DNA of 64,000 nucleotides from Eledone cirrhosa (GCA_964016885.1 OZ024746.1:45136001-45200000); one strand, 5' to 3'; positions 37,209 to 49,760 are shown, counted from the stretch's first letter. Program-made: numbers and translations. The notes: generated from the sequence alone by a model not told the origin.

Positions 37209-37355
37209 TGTTTCTACGTTAGGCACAAGGCCAGCAATTACCCAGTGCATTACTGGTACTTTATTTTATCGACCCCGAAAGGATGAAAGGCAAAGTCAAC
37301 CTCGGCGGGATTTGAACTCAGAATGGCAAGGGCCGTAACTCTATACGTCAAAGCA
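37209..37355 (-). mobile_element. tRNA-derived SINE, 5'-truncated
   Basis: B box, core and tail CCTTGTGCCTAACGTAGAAACAATTATTATT. Confidence 0.88.
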
Positions 37356-37374
37356 TAATAATGATGATGATTAT

Positions 37375-37465
37375 GAAGTTGATGATGATGATGACGATGA
37401 ATATGATGATGATGATGTTGATGCTGAAGATGATGAGGAGGAGTAGGATGGTGATGATAATAATA
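37375..37465. repeat. Imperfect (GAT)n repeat
   Basis: Read directly. Confidence 0.9.
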
Positions 37466-40458
37466 CTTGGAAAAGAAGGGAGATTGTAGAAAATCTCTCT
37501 GGTAATTGTATTAATTAGATTGATATTTAACATATATAACATTTCACATATGTGAATTCGTATCGTAAGATAAAAATAACCCATATATGATTGGAGATGA
37601 TGTATAATTTAATGATGTTTCTACAGAAAATCTGCTTCAGTAATATCACTATATCTGTTATGCAAATTACACTAGATTATCTACTAATTAAGTGTGAGCA
37701 GCCACACTTATTCCTCGGGAAACTGTGCAGAGAATAACTAAGTAGGAAAACACGGATCTAATTAGCATTGCGATTTCCACTGATCACGAAGTACCCATTG
37801 CGCTGTTCATTAATATATCTTGGATTTAAAGTTTTAGAAGATGAGTTTATTGGTTCTAATATATTTAATTGGTAATTACGCATAATGTGACTAGACCAAT
37901 TTACATATAAATACAGAATAGTTATTACCATAGTTTAATGAGAATGACATTCGAAATCTCGTCCATGTGTGGAGAATCAAATTTTCAAACTAAGTATTTA
38001 GTTTTATGGAAAACGTAAAGAATAATAGAAATGTATTGTAAAACAGAATTTCAAATCACGTTTTAAGGTTCAATATAAACAAAAACCATTACATTAAAAT
38101 ATTACAGTAAATTATCGTAGCTATTTCGATATTATTCATTTTGCTTATAATTATATAAAAGTTTGGATCTGAAGAAAGGATTAAAAATATAATTACAACA
38201 TTTTATGTTTAAGAGATTTTAATGATAACGGAAGGGAAATAGATGAATATAAATTGGAGAGTTTTAGACGTTGGTAGTATACTCTCAGTAAGTTCGAAGA
38301 CAAAAGATTGCATCAGTGCAGAAAAACTAGCAATGGTTGTAGGAGTTCTTCGATTTTAGAATATTAGTAAATGAAAGATTACACTGTATACTCATATACA
38401 AGTGTTGAATACATTTCCATATATGAATTTGAGGAATATTTTAAGCATATGTAGCAGGTAGAATGTTTGGTTAGGATATCTAATCATTATATCTACCCCT
38501 TTATGCCAGACACTAAACATTACACCAAATTTGTTCCCCATAAAATGTCGGCTTTCTGGAATGTTTTCCCTGCGTAATCCTTTCCTACATTAGCAATGCA
38601 ATACACATATATTCCCAATTCATTGTGCCTTTCAAATCTTTCCCTTGCCTATTTAATACTGTGTCTAGCTGATTCTTAAAAATCCTTCTTTACTTTATAT
38701 CAGATTATTCAGTAATTAACCTGCTATAATCAATTTAATGTAAAGGTAATATAGTGCCTAACTTTGTGTGACAAACACGCCGCTGTATCAAGCAAAACGA
38801 GTTTTATATCATGATCTAACTACGCCCTTTAACCATAGTTTCCAAATCTCTTCTGTTGGTTTTCTCATCAAGCACGTTTAACATCAATCCCGATAATATC
38901 CAAAAGATAATAATATAATTTAGAACAGTAATAATAGTAATAATTGTCAGCAGAATTTTGTAAATGTTTGTACATTATTTTTCTTTTACTTATCCTAATG
39001 GTAGTCATCATATCATAAAAAAATCCTCATATCATAGCCACCAAAACATAATCATGGTTAGATGACAATTGCCTGCAAAAAATGTCTCATAAATGGTTTG
39101 GAATGTGCTTTTCATCTTCGTGATTTGGGAATTTCCCCTTAGGTTATGTATATTAAAGTGATATCGAAACGATAATTCTGAAAAGCATTAAGCATCACTA
39201 AAGTAAAATAGAGCAAGTTGCCTATCATTACTATTGCTATCAATAAAATAAGTTGGAAATTATTGTACATTGTATTACAATGTACCTAGACCTATCAATA
39301 GACAAATCATGGTGAATATTATGTACACGCATTGCAGTTGGGCGTTATTCATTACAATATCATATCATTTGTAAACTATGACAAAATGTGAAAGGAAATA
39401 CCTTATTAGGCAAAGATAGTTTCGAACCAATTAAAGAAGCATTAATATATATTTCGAATATGTTTTCAGTGATTCTTGTCTGAACTAGAGCTTTGGCTTA
39501 TCACTTAATGCAAGCCATGCAAATTGCTTATGTCATTAATACTCTTGGGAAAACGGTCTCATGCACCTTTCCTTCGTTTCCAGAAAATTTCAAATCTGTA
39601 ATAATACATATGTTTGTGATCAAAAGTAAAACGAATATTGTAATTAAACAAGATATGCAGGTTAATGAGACTGAATTTGGTTTGTTTTTCTCTGGCTTAA
39701 TCGGTAGAAGACAAACAGCAGGTATGAACTATATAAAGGCTTCTGTGACTGTTGGGGAGAGTTGCTTTTAGATGAGCTGAAAACATATTAGAATAGTTTC
39801 CACTGGTTGAGATCTCACATCACTAAGGTTCAAGGTGGTCGTGCCGTGGCTGTGATGGACATCTGTCGTATTTCATGCTTCAAAAGGATCTCTTAATAAT
39901 CAAATATTAATGTCATAAGGCAAAATAATGCATTTTTTTTTCAATTTGTTTATTTGAAATTGGGATGCTTTCTCACCCGCTCAATGATGATGAAAGTAAC
40001 AGTGAAATGGTTGAGTATATATGGAATCTAGTCTGTGTATTTCGACTATGCTGAATCGTGTAGCGTTTATTTAGCTTCACTTGGTTCGCTAATACTCACA
40101 AGAGAAGCGTGATCATCACTGAAATGAATTTCTCTTTCGGGAAATGATGGGCTTGTGCTTCAGTAAGAATCAATTTGTATTTTTGCTGTAAGAAATAAAT
40201 ATATATCTCCGTGATTATTTGCGGCAGAGTTTGAAATATTGATAATAATAGGTCAGGATTCTTTCATTGGAGTGTATGGGGATGGAAGCAAATGTCGTCG
40301 CGTTTGACTGTAAATATATTTTTATTCAGGTTGGTAATATTTCACATGGCGTGTGCAGCAACTAATACTCGTGTCTACGCACATATATATATATATATAT
40401 ATATATAGTGAAAGAGTAAAGAATAACATAGTCAACAGTACAAAAAGGGTTTTATTTA

Positions 40459-40570
40459 CAGTATTAACAATTGTTTCATTGATTAAGTTGTCTAAAAATT
40501 GCTAATCACTTGAAGTTGTGTCACTCATTTTAGATACAATGTATGCTTAACCAAATCATCAGAAAAACTG
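40459..40570 (-). ncRNA. Type I hammerhead ribozyme candidate with long stem II
   Basis: Minus strand CAGTTTTT-CTGATGA-TTTGGTTAAG...CTTAATCAAT-GAAA-CAATTG-TT-AATACTG. Intact core, 9-bp stem II, palindromic stem III (ACAATTGT), imperfect stem I. Confidence 0.6.
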
Positions 40571-40634
40571 ATTAAAATTATACACGGCGTTTGTAATATA
40601 CTAGGGAAATTCAAATTACAACATCATTAATAAA

Positions 40635-40790
40635 GAAAAAGAAAAAAAGAAAAAGATTGAGAGAAAAGAAAGAAGAAAAAAGTAAAAGGATAAAGAAAAG
40701 AAAAAGAAAAAGAAAAAGAAAAAGAAAAAGAAAAAGAAAAAGAAAAAGAAAAAGAAAAAGAAAAAATAATAAATAAATAATAATAAATAA
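40635..40790. repeat. (GAAAAA)n / A-rich repeat
   Basis: Read directly. Confidence 0.9.
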
Positions 40791-41216
40791 GTTATAATGA
40801 AGAAGATAAAAAATAAATAAATAAATTTATATGTGTGCGAAGAAAAGGGAATATAATATGATTGTTGAAAATAGTTGAGGTGTTGGTGGTTAAAATATAA
40901 AGATGTGATGGTATAAAATGAAAATACTAAATATATACATATATGTATTGGTTAAATTAATAAATTAATAAATTGGAAGTTATGTTAGAAGTGAAGAGAA
41001 TACGATAGGATATAATGTAAGAGGTGAAATATATTTAGGGAAAGAGGGTGAAAGAGAGAAAAGTTAGGAGGTTATGATGTTGACTCATTGATCAGTTGAT
41101 TTATTGACAGAGTAATTCGTGGTAGAGGGATGGTCTGTAGGAATGTGTCTGTAAGTGTGTGGGGGATATTTTAACATGTTAGAAGATATTTTTCAGCTCT
41201 TGTCTTATACGGAGAA

Positions 41217-41262
<46 letters not shown>

Positions 41263-42317
41263 ACAAGTATACAATTTGCACACAGGTATACAATTTCTGG
41301 ACACACTCCAGATACATATTTGTACGCAGGTATTCCAATACGGCAAGGCCTAATGGATTCCCCTTGCAGTACGTACAATCTGGACACACTCACACACACC
41401 TTGGTATTATGCCAATACTATATATCATTTCACACCTTTTATTATTAAGGTTTTTGATGTTCTATTGAGAGAATCGATTTTACTGAAAATATAGAATAAT
41501 GTACACCATTTCACCAGTACCACAAAAATAATTACTGGTCCACCCACACACACACACACACTTTCTCACACACACACACAGACGTGTATGCGCACACACG
41601 CACATATATACACACACGCATACACACGCGTACATTAACATACAAAGAGACATATATACACACACACACACACACACATACACACACACACTTCTCCGTA
41701 TAAGACAAGAGCTGTTAAAATATCCCCCACACAATTACAGACACATTCCTACTGACCATCCCTCTACCACGAATTACTCTGCTACACAAACACACACACA
41801 CACTTGTCTTAATAGGCATTTGAACTGTCAACAGGCTGCGGTTCGCACACACATCCCTGCTGACCATTATCACAACAACGAACCTCTTTACTACTACTAC
41901 ACACACACACATATTTGTTTTGAAATACTTATTTTTTAGTGACTTCTCAATCAGCCGACACAAACCTACATTTGGCGCAAAATCAATTTTTAACATTCAC
42001 ATGACCTCTACCGACCAATCAAAATAGTTTTGACCACATTAATTTTTGCAACACGAATTGGCGCAAAACTTATTTTAATACCGCTGGAGCCACTTTTTTA
42101 ACATAAACACAGGTAGAATTTCCAAAACTAATCAGATTAGAGCAAACATCACGGACGCTCTATCTCAAAATTATTTTTGAAAAGCATTAGAAATGCGCAA
42201 CCGGTAAAACTTAAAACCAAAACTGAATACTAAACAATCCTATTACTAATTCTCACTTATTCCTAATTAAACTATTTTTCACTGTGAACAATTTGTCAGC
42301 ATTTTCTTTTCTGTTTA

Positions 42318-42388
<71 letters not shown>

Positions 42389-42393
<5 letters not shown>

Positions 42394-42501
42394 AACGAGT
42401 AGGAGCCCGACGGCTGAGCTCAAGCCGTTTCGACGGCTAATTCTGAGAATTAGCCGTCGAAACGCCTTGAGCTCAGCTGTCGGGGTCCTACTCGTTCCTA
42501 T
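42389..42501. repeat. 113-bp GC-rich near-perfect palindrome between (TA)n runs
   Basis: Arms 42389-42444 and 42446-42501 with a single-base centre at 42445 and three mismatches. Confidence 0.95.
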
Positions 42502-42577
42502 TACCCACTCTACTACCCTAAGTATTGAGTACTTTGGTGCGTTTTGGTCCACCTGGTTCCTTACCACATTTCCTTCG

Positions 42578-42644
<67 letters not shown>

Positions 42645-42760
42645 AAAGTTCTATTTAAATTCTACTTAAATAATGCAACCATTGCTGTTGGAAGCTTCAA
42701 ACAGCAATGGTTGCATTCTTTAAGGGTATGTCAATATTTATTTATAAAACTGATCTATAT

Positions 42761-42825
42761 TATATTTTATCTGATGAAAGCACACCATAATTTTACTTTG
42801 TGTCCTTGAAATATATAAAATGAAA
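42761..42825 (+). ncRNA. Degenerate hammerhead core, copy 1 of a ~130-bp dispersed repeat
   Basis: ATTTTAT-CTGATGA-AAGCACAC...GTGTCCTT-GAAA-TATATAAAAT. The repeat 42723-42860 recurs at 43841-43965. Confidence 0.45.
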
Positions 42826-43114
42826 TAAATATGGTTTTATAAATATAGTTTCCATTTGCTAATATCGTATATATATATATATATATATACAGTGGCGGAC
42901 TGGGTCTAAAAATATTGGTTGCTAGGAGATGAAGGGGGCCCACCTACATATAGAATACTATCATTTAATTTTTATAATGAATAAAATAACATTTTCAGAA
43001 AATACATAAGTGGAAACAAAACAGTGTAATCAAATTATAGCGGAAAAATATCTTACCTTCTACAATAAAAAATATTACGTATTTTGCGAAATCCAGAGAC
43101 TTTCACTAATGACC

Positions 43115-43496
43115 AGAAGTCGACCCTAAATATTACTAATAGCCCTAGGAAAGCCATGAACGACACAACATCTTTTTAACTCTGATTTTGAAAGAAAGTT
43201 TATAATTATCAATTTTCACTATGCTGTTGTCGCAGTCTCGCTGGCTTAGTCGGAGTAATCATAGATGGTGGTGATCTATTGGTTGTAAAATAAAAACTGG
43301 AAAAGGTTACATGTACCTCTTGACCAGGATTGAACCCAAGGCCAGAATCTCTACCGTCTCTAGGCCACAGAGACAACTGCGAACGTTTTCTGAAAATTCA
43401 TACTTATAAACCTACTTTCAACATGTTCAAACCAAAGTGTTGTGGTGTCGTTCATGTCTTTCTTAATGTTTTTGCTCCTACTTAAGGTCGACTTCT
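43115..43496. mobile_element. MITE-like element with ~55-bp imperfect inverted repeats and an internal tRNA-like cassette
   Basis: AGAAGTCGACCCTAA...GAAAGCCATGAACGACACAACA vs reverse complement AGAAGTCGACCTTAA...GAAAGACATGAACGACACCACA. Minus 43317-43372 has TGGCCTAGAGACGG and GGTTCAATCC. Confidence 0.65.
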
Positions 43497-43869
43497 AAAT
43501 CATTTGGGTGTTTCATAAACTACATCCTCGTTTTGTTTCTCATCTATCTAGACTATATTTTAACCTGTAATCCATATTTTATTTCTGTTGCACCACATTT
43601 CTCCCCTCTCCTCCCCCATCCCCCTTCTCCCCCTCTCTCTTTCTCTGTGATATTTGAATCTACTATGATTTTGCCTAACCTTATTCCTATATATATGTTT
43701 TTGCATGACAGATTCAAAGTTTCAATGATTGGCATTATATATATAGATACAGTGGCTAACTAGGTCTAAAAATATTGGTTGCCAGATGAAGAAGGCCCAT
43801 CTATCCAGCGAACCTTCAACCGTCAAGGTTGTTTTTCTACGGGTATGTCAACATTTATAAAACAAATTT

Positions 43870-43935
43870 TGTATTTTATCTGATGAAAGCGCACCAAAAC
43901 TGCCTTGGTTGCCCTTGAAATATATATAATAATTA
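43870..43935 (+). ncRNA. Degenerate hammerhead core, copy 2
   Basis: ATTTTAT-CTGATGA-AAGCGCACCAA-aactgcc-TTGGTTGCCCTT-GAAA-TATATATAAT. Confidence 0.45.
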
Positions 43936-45971
43936 TGGTTTTATAAATATAGTTTTCATTTATTAATATATTGAATATTTACTCCAGTAAATTTGTTGAG
44001 TGCTTTATATCAGTTATAAAACTATTAAGCTTGTTGAATCCCAACAAATTAAATATAACTTCTGCATATATATATATATATATGCGGGTGTGTGTGTTTG
44101 TGTGTCTGTATCTATATATGTATGTTTGCATGCATGAAGCTTTAGAATGTGCACCCACTGATTCCAGCTATTTGCACTATCATATATTTGGGTTTCTATT
44201 AATTCCATGGGGAATTGGTTAACCGAATGCTTTGCTTAATTGTTTTATACATTTGTTTTAAAATGTTATTCTTTCTCTTAGATATCAGGTATTTTTTGAA
44301 AGCAAAGCTTTGGCCCCTAACAGTGGGCCCTGCAATACTACTGCGGGCTCTCGCAATGCTACCTTGGGTCCCCTGGGGTCCACCTGACATTGGGCAACCT
44401 GGCAATCTGGCCAATGCGCCACTGTATACATATATATATATGTGTGTGTGTGTGTCTGTGTGTGTGCGTGCGTGCGTGTGTGTGTGTGCGTGCGTGGGTG
44501 TGTTGTTGTAAAGAAATTCATCTTCTAATTGTAACATGGTAAATATATTTAGGCCACTTGGAACTGCTGAAATCAGTTGGGTTCAAACATTATCTAAGGA
44601 GTCGAAAACATTTAATTTTTACTGTTACATACGTTATACCGTGTTTATATATGAGATGCTGAATTCTCTCTCTGCTCTCCTCAAAATTGAAATTGCTTTT
44701 CACCCAACATAGTATCAACATTAGAAAATTAATAAATGCATCTTTAGTTTCAGTAAGAATTTCGTGACGTATCAGACATAATCAATAGCAATATCATGTT
44801 TGTAACAACGTAGTTTCTACGCATTCACTCAACATGCAAAGATCATCAGATATATCGCGCTCAAATAATACTCTCTCTCTTAAGCAAAACATTTATTTAA
44901 TAATGTACTTCCTAATGTATACGAAAGTGAGAATGCCACCATTATAATATGTATTTGATCATATTTCTGCTTAATCATGATTAACCCAAGGCCAACCAAC
45001 AACTTTAAAATTATCAAGGTGAATCAAATAATTCTGTTGAAGATTTACAAAAACAAAACAAAAAAAAAACATGAATCTAATATAGCCATCATAAATAACT
45101 TAAACATGGTGAAATGAATTAATTCAATAAAACACCGATGTTACATGCGTCTGTTTGCGGCATAAGGTCTCACAGAATTTTGAAAGGAGAGAAGTCTAGT
45201 CCATAGAAAGGCTCTTTGCTGATTCATGAAATTGAATTTAATATGAAGTTCGAAGAGAAATCTGCATTTGTTTGCAATTATGAATTTAAAGGATGGTCTG
45301 CAGGAAATTCATCAAGGCTAACTTTATGAAGATTAATTTCATAAAAATAATTTGCATTTTTGAATGCATTAATGATGTATTTCTATTTTCGTTAATATAT
45401 ATATTTATAGTAGCTCTTTTTATATGAAGATTTCATATTTGATTATTGATACAGTATCTGTCAACCTGAGCAACGACGAAATGTTTACTGAATATTTTTA
45501 ACTGAAAGCATTTAACATTATTCTTTAATTTTTAAAAGTGTCAGATGACACAGGCTGATTTCCTGCAGTATGTTAATTTCTTTTTCAAATCGAAATATTT
45601 TCATTTGGCTACACATTTTCCCTAGTGGAAATATTCTGTTTGTACACAATTATTTGTTCTTTTATGTTTTGTATCGGGATTTATACATCTTCTACGTTAT
45701 AATTCTCTTCCACATTTCAATTATAAAGCGAAATTTAAAGAGATGTATTCCGGTAAGAGCATTTTTCATGCACATGTTTATTCCAATAATTCGAAAGATA
45801 ATAGTTTTCTGCTAAAATCCTTTAAAGTATAAATAGATGCATACGAATTGCCCGAAGAGAATAACTTAAATAGGAGATTAGCAAACAAAGAGGAAATGAA
45901 CAGGAAAGGATATTTGATCTAATAAAACATATCTCTTGAAACTCAAAGCATACACACACACACACACACAT

Positions 45972-46052
<81 letters not shown>

Positions 46053-46845
46053 CATATATATATACATATATATATGTGTGTGTGTGTGTGTGTATAATTA
46101 TGTTTATGTGTTTGTGTGTATATGTGTATGAGCATTAAAAATAGAATAACTATTGTTCTTTTTTTCCCATGGTTGTCAACACTTCTGATTAACGCATAAA
46201 ACGGCAAACTCCTAAACCCTGGTAAAGTGATAATATCAAAGCGGAACGTTTACTGATGTCGAAATAAAATAAAATTATGCAATAGTGCCAATGGTAAAAC
46301 ATTCTCAAATATATAGACACAAAACAAACGGGGCCGGTTAGCCCAACACCACATTGTTATTACAAATCAAGATTTTATCAAGAAGTCACTGAAAATGTTA
46401 AGTCTTTGGTAATGTATACATACGTAACAAGAGACACTGGAATCACCAACAAATTTAAAAATAAACAGTATAAATTTGAATAGCTATTTGTAAGGTACTC
46501 ATGTTTGAAACTAGTATACTAATTAGCTCATAAAATATTTACTATATGACAAAAATCTGATTTTGGTGACAAAAATCGACCTATGTTGGAGAGAAACGTC
46601 CCCTGTTACGTTAACATGAGTAATTTACTTGGATTCATTTTGTTTACGCCGGATACATAAAAAAGAAAAGAACTCGGTGATATTCGAGCTGGGAGAACGT
46701 ATTATATATTTTCAACCGATTTTGCAATCCACAGCAAGTAGTAACAAGCTACAAATTTATAGTATACCTAATCTATACTATCATAGTACTTCACTTGTAC
46801 AAGATATATGTCGAACCATACATACAAACATTATTTATAATTCTA

Positions 46846-47308
46846 TTGGCCTTGTGCCAAAAGTAGAAACAATTATTTATAATTCTATGGCGGTGGATTG
46901 GCAGTATCGGTAAAGGGTCGGACGCCATGCTTTGACGGATAGAATTATGGCCCTTACCATTCTGAGTTCAAATCCCGCCGAGTTTAAGTTTGCTTTTCAT
47001 CCTTACGGGGTCGATAAAATAAAGTACCAGTAGTGCACTGGTGAATTGCTGGCCTTGTGCCCAAAGTAGAAACAATTGTTTATAAAGGGTGGTGGTTTGG
47101 CAGCCTCGGACACCATGCTTTACGACAGAGTGTTACAGCCCTTTACATTCTGATTTCAAATCACACCGAGGTTGGCTTTGCCTTTCATCCTTACTGGCTC
47201 GATAAAATATTCACCATTAATGTACTGGGGGCGATTTATTCGATTTTCCCCTCCCTCAAACATTACTGGCCTTGAGCCTAAATCAGAAACCATTATTTAT
47301 AATTCTAT
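46846..47308 (+). mobile_element. Tandem array of the tRNA-derived SINE (tail fragment + two copies)
   Basis: Tail 46846-46880, copies ~46888-47082 and ~47087-47300. TTATTTATAATTCTAT occurs at 46831, 46873 and 47293. Confidence 0.88.
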
Positions 47309-47354
47309 TATAATATGACAAAATGCAACTGCAAAAGAAAAATTCCATCACCAA

Positions 47355-47430
47355 CAAATATCTGCTTCAATCAAGAGGATGGGGAGGTCGTGGACGACAT
47401 CACCTATCTCGGAAGCTCTATTAACAGAAT
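47355..47430 (+). pseudogene. Tiny LINE RT fragment
   Basis: Translates ICFNQEDGEVVDDITYLGSSIN (RT domain 7 YLG motif). Confidence 0.5.
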
Positions 47431-47569
47431 TGTTTCATTCGTATGAAATCATAATTACTGATGATTTCATACGAATGAACCAGTTCTAGTACTGTAGATG
47501 TCATTTCTATGTATATAATATGCCTATACTCTACCAACGTGCCTACATATCATATATGTATATATATAT

Positions 47570-47690
47570 CACCTTGATCACCTTGACCGACCAGTCTGTC
47601 GAGCGTCCATTCGGCGCCGCTGGTCACAGCACGTCGTGCTATTTTAGCCATAAGATAACGCCATCACACTGGGTAGGTGGGCAGGCCGAT
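47570..47690 (-). mobile_element. Short GC-rich retroelement 3' end in (TA)n
   Basis: Minus strand ends TGACCAG...CTGGTCGGTCAAGGTGATCAAGGTGA: a stem-loop plus tandem 9-mer tail typical of LINE/SINE termini. Confidence 0.45.
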
Positions 47691-47812
47691 ATATATATAT
47701 ATATATATATACATACATATGCATATATTTATAAATATAGTAATAATAATAATATCCCGTTAAGGGTGAAAGCAGCGATTCTTTGCTTAAACCTTAATCT
47801 GTTATTTTAATA

Positions 47813-47865
<53 letters not shown>

Positions 47866-49349
47866 GCAAAAGAGCCAGTCATTGACGTGCCCGCTTTTCT
47901 CCACTGTAAATAAAGACCACTTCTCTCCTCAACATGCCAGTCTTTACGTTTTAATTGCCTTTCAGTGATTTTGAATTCACGGCCTATTTGCTACATATGT
48001 TGGACATTTCAGTCTACTCTACAACTTTATCTAACTGGAAAGCCATTATACAATTCAATATTTATTTACTATCACGCATGTCATTTTTTGGTATTCAATA
48101 TATCATTCCAAAATGTAGTTACGCTAGTAATGATATATAATTCAATGTCATCGGGGAATAGATTACCAGTCTGATTTAAACATAACGTCTATTTGTAATT
48201 CAACGTCTATTTGTCTGTACCCTACTGGTAACAACAATCCATAACAATCAGAGGTCTGCAATGACTGTTCAACAAGAGATACCATACAGCGCAAAATTAA
48301 TTCTGACAACAAAAGAACAAGGGAAACATCGTTCACATTTATGAATATATGTAGCGAGAATATCACGACAGAATTCATGAATAAATCACCTATGAAATAT
48401 ACTTCAATGTCAACATGATGTTTAATTTCACTACGATGGGCAGATATTCTATTAGAATAATGCAAGTCTATCGTTTCAATATTTCATATAATAACAGTAA
48501 TATAACAACCATTTTGTGGAAAAATACATTGTCTGTCAAACTACTCGTCTGCTAGATACAAAAGACAAAACTCAAAAAAGAAATAGTTACAAAAGAATGT
48601 TAGGCATAACTTTCTTATACTTAATGTCACATTTACAATAGCTTGTAGCTTGATAACAATATGGAGTAATAATACAATTTTCCACATATATCTATTTGAA
48701 TTAACTTTAATACATACACTCACACACACACACAAACAAGCATATATACATACATACATAAATACGTATGTACGTTGACTGTTAAGATGTCAGGCGAAAA
48801 ACCGAATTACTGACAGTGTAAATGAATAAACATTAATCAATATATGTACCTAATTCTCATTTCAATATATACTAATATATCTATATATAGATATACGCAC
48901 ATGCACATTTTCAAACACACATACTGACACATACAATCAGGCATATACATGAATGCTTTTTTCTTCTCTTACGTAGTAGAGTTCACCTTTAGATCACCCA
49001 GTTTTACATGAATATCAGCAACAGTTATCTTCCATTGAGGGAATATCTATCTCACATCAAAAACTTCTTACTCGATTTTTCCTGATAACTGCAATTGTTA
49101 ATATACCCACACAATCCTCCAATATGAAACTGCTGGTGCAGAAACCGAATATTATGCCATCGTTTTCTTTACGTTGTTTACACACAAACACACACACTCA
49201 CACACACACCACACACACGCGCGCGCGCGCGCGCGCGCACACACACACAAGCACATACACACACAAACACATACACACACACAAACAAACAAAAATATTT
49301 TATTTTTTCTCATTTTGACCTTCAATACAATATTAACCGACATGTCACT

Positions 49350-49760
49350 GCTACATCAAGGCTACCCTATACATTGCTACAACGTTCCCAATATATCTCA
49401 TCTTCTGAATCCTACATCGCTTCAAAACAGCTTATTTGTCAAGGCTCCACGCAGCATTATTCATCATATCAAACTAATCCCAGAAATCTAAGCAAGAGGC
49501 CGAAACCTTTTTCTAAGGAATGTCACTTATCAATTCCATGTGAATAATGTAAACTACACCCTATTCAATGAACTCTGTAGCTTTCATCCATTACACAACT
49601 TCTGCAATACTACCAGACTGATGATTCGCTTAACTCCTATCAATTATGCCTAAACATCCTGTCAATACAATCAACTGCGACGGCTCCAAAAGGAATACTT
49701 TCTACATTTGTTGCTCCCTTTGTGTGTAATTCGGCAAAACTTCATACCACGTACACATAC
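49350..49760 (+). pseudogene. Possible decayed CR1-group LINE 3' end
   Basis: GYPIHCYNVPNI...SLQNSLFVKAPR resembles the C-terminal NS..GP.LFN motif of CR1-like ORF2. Weak. Confidence 0.3.

Larger units (their letters stand above)
40410..41781 (-). mobile_element. Probable Penelope-like element remnant with inverted terminal segment
   Basis: Hammerhead core followed by AATAAA on minus (40445-40570). Inverted repeat 41108-41220 / 41688-41781. Weak ORF-end similarity (PYKTRAEK...VNKSTDQ...QHHN). Confidence 0.5.
42890..44424. mobile_element. hAT-like non-autonomous DNA transposon(s), nested, with two left ends (42890, 43750) and one right end
   Basis: CAGTGGCGGACTGG and CAGTGGCTAACTAGG left ends share GTCTAAAAATATTGGTTGC. 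Right end CCAATGCGCCACTG. Left flanks TATATATA / TATAGATA each match the right flank TATACATA 7 of 8. Confidence 0.6.

Noticed and set aside
37500-40380. AT-rich unique-looking DNA possibly containing host exons (also 58-64 kb)
   Set aside because: No ORF with recognisable protein similarity. Small exons cannot be excluded without transcript data.
47860-48470. Helitron-like start (ACTAGCA...) and ORF 48163-48465
   Set aside because: No Rep or helicase motif and no 3' hairpin-CTAG end could be identified.
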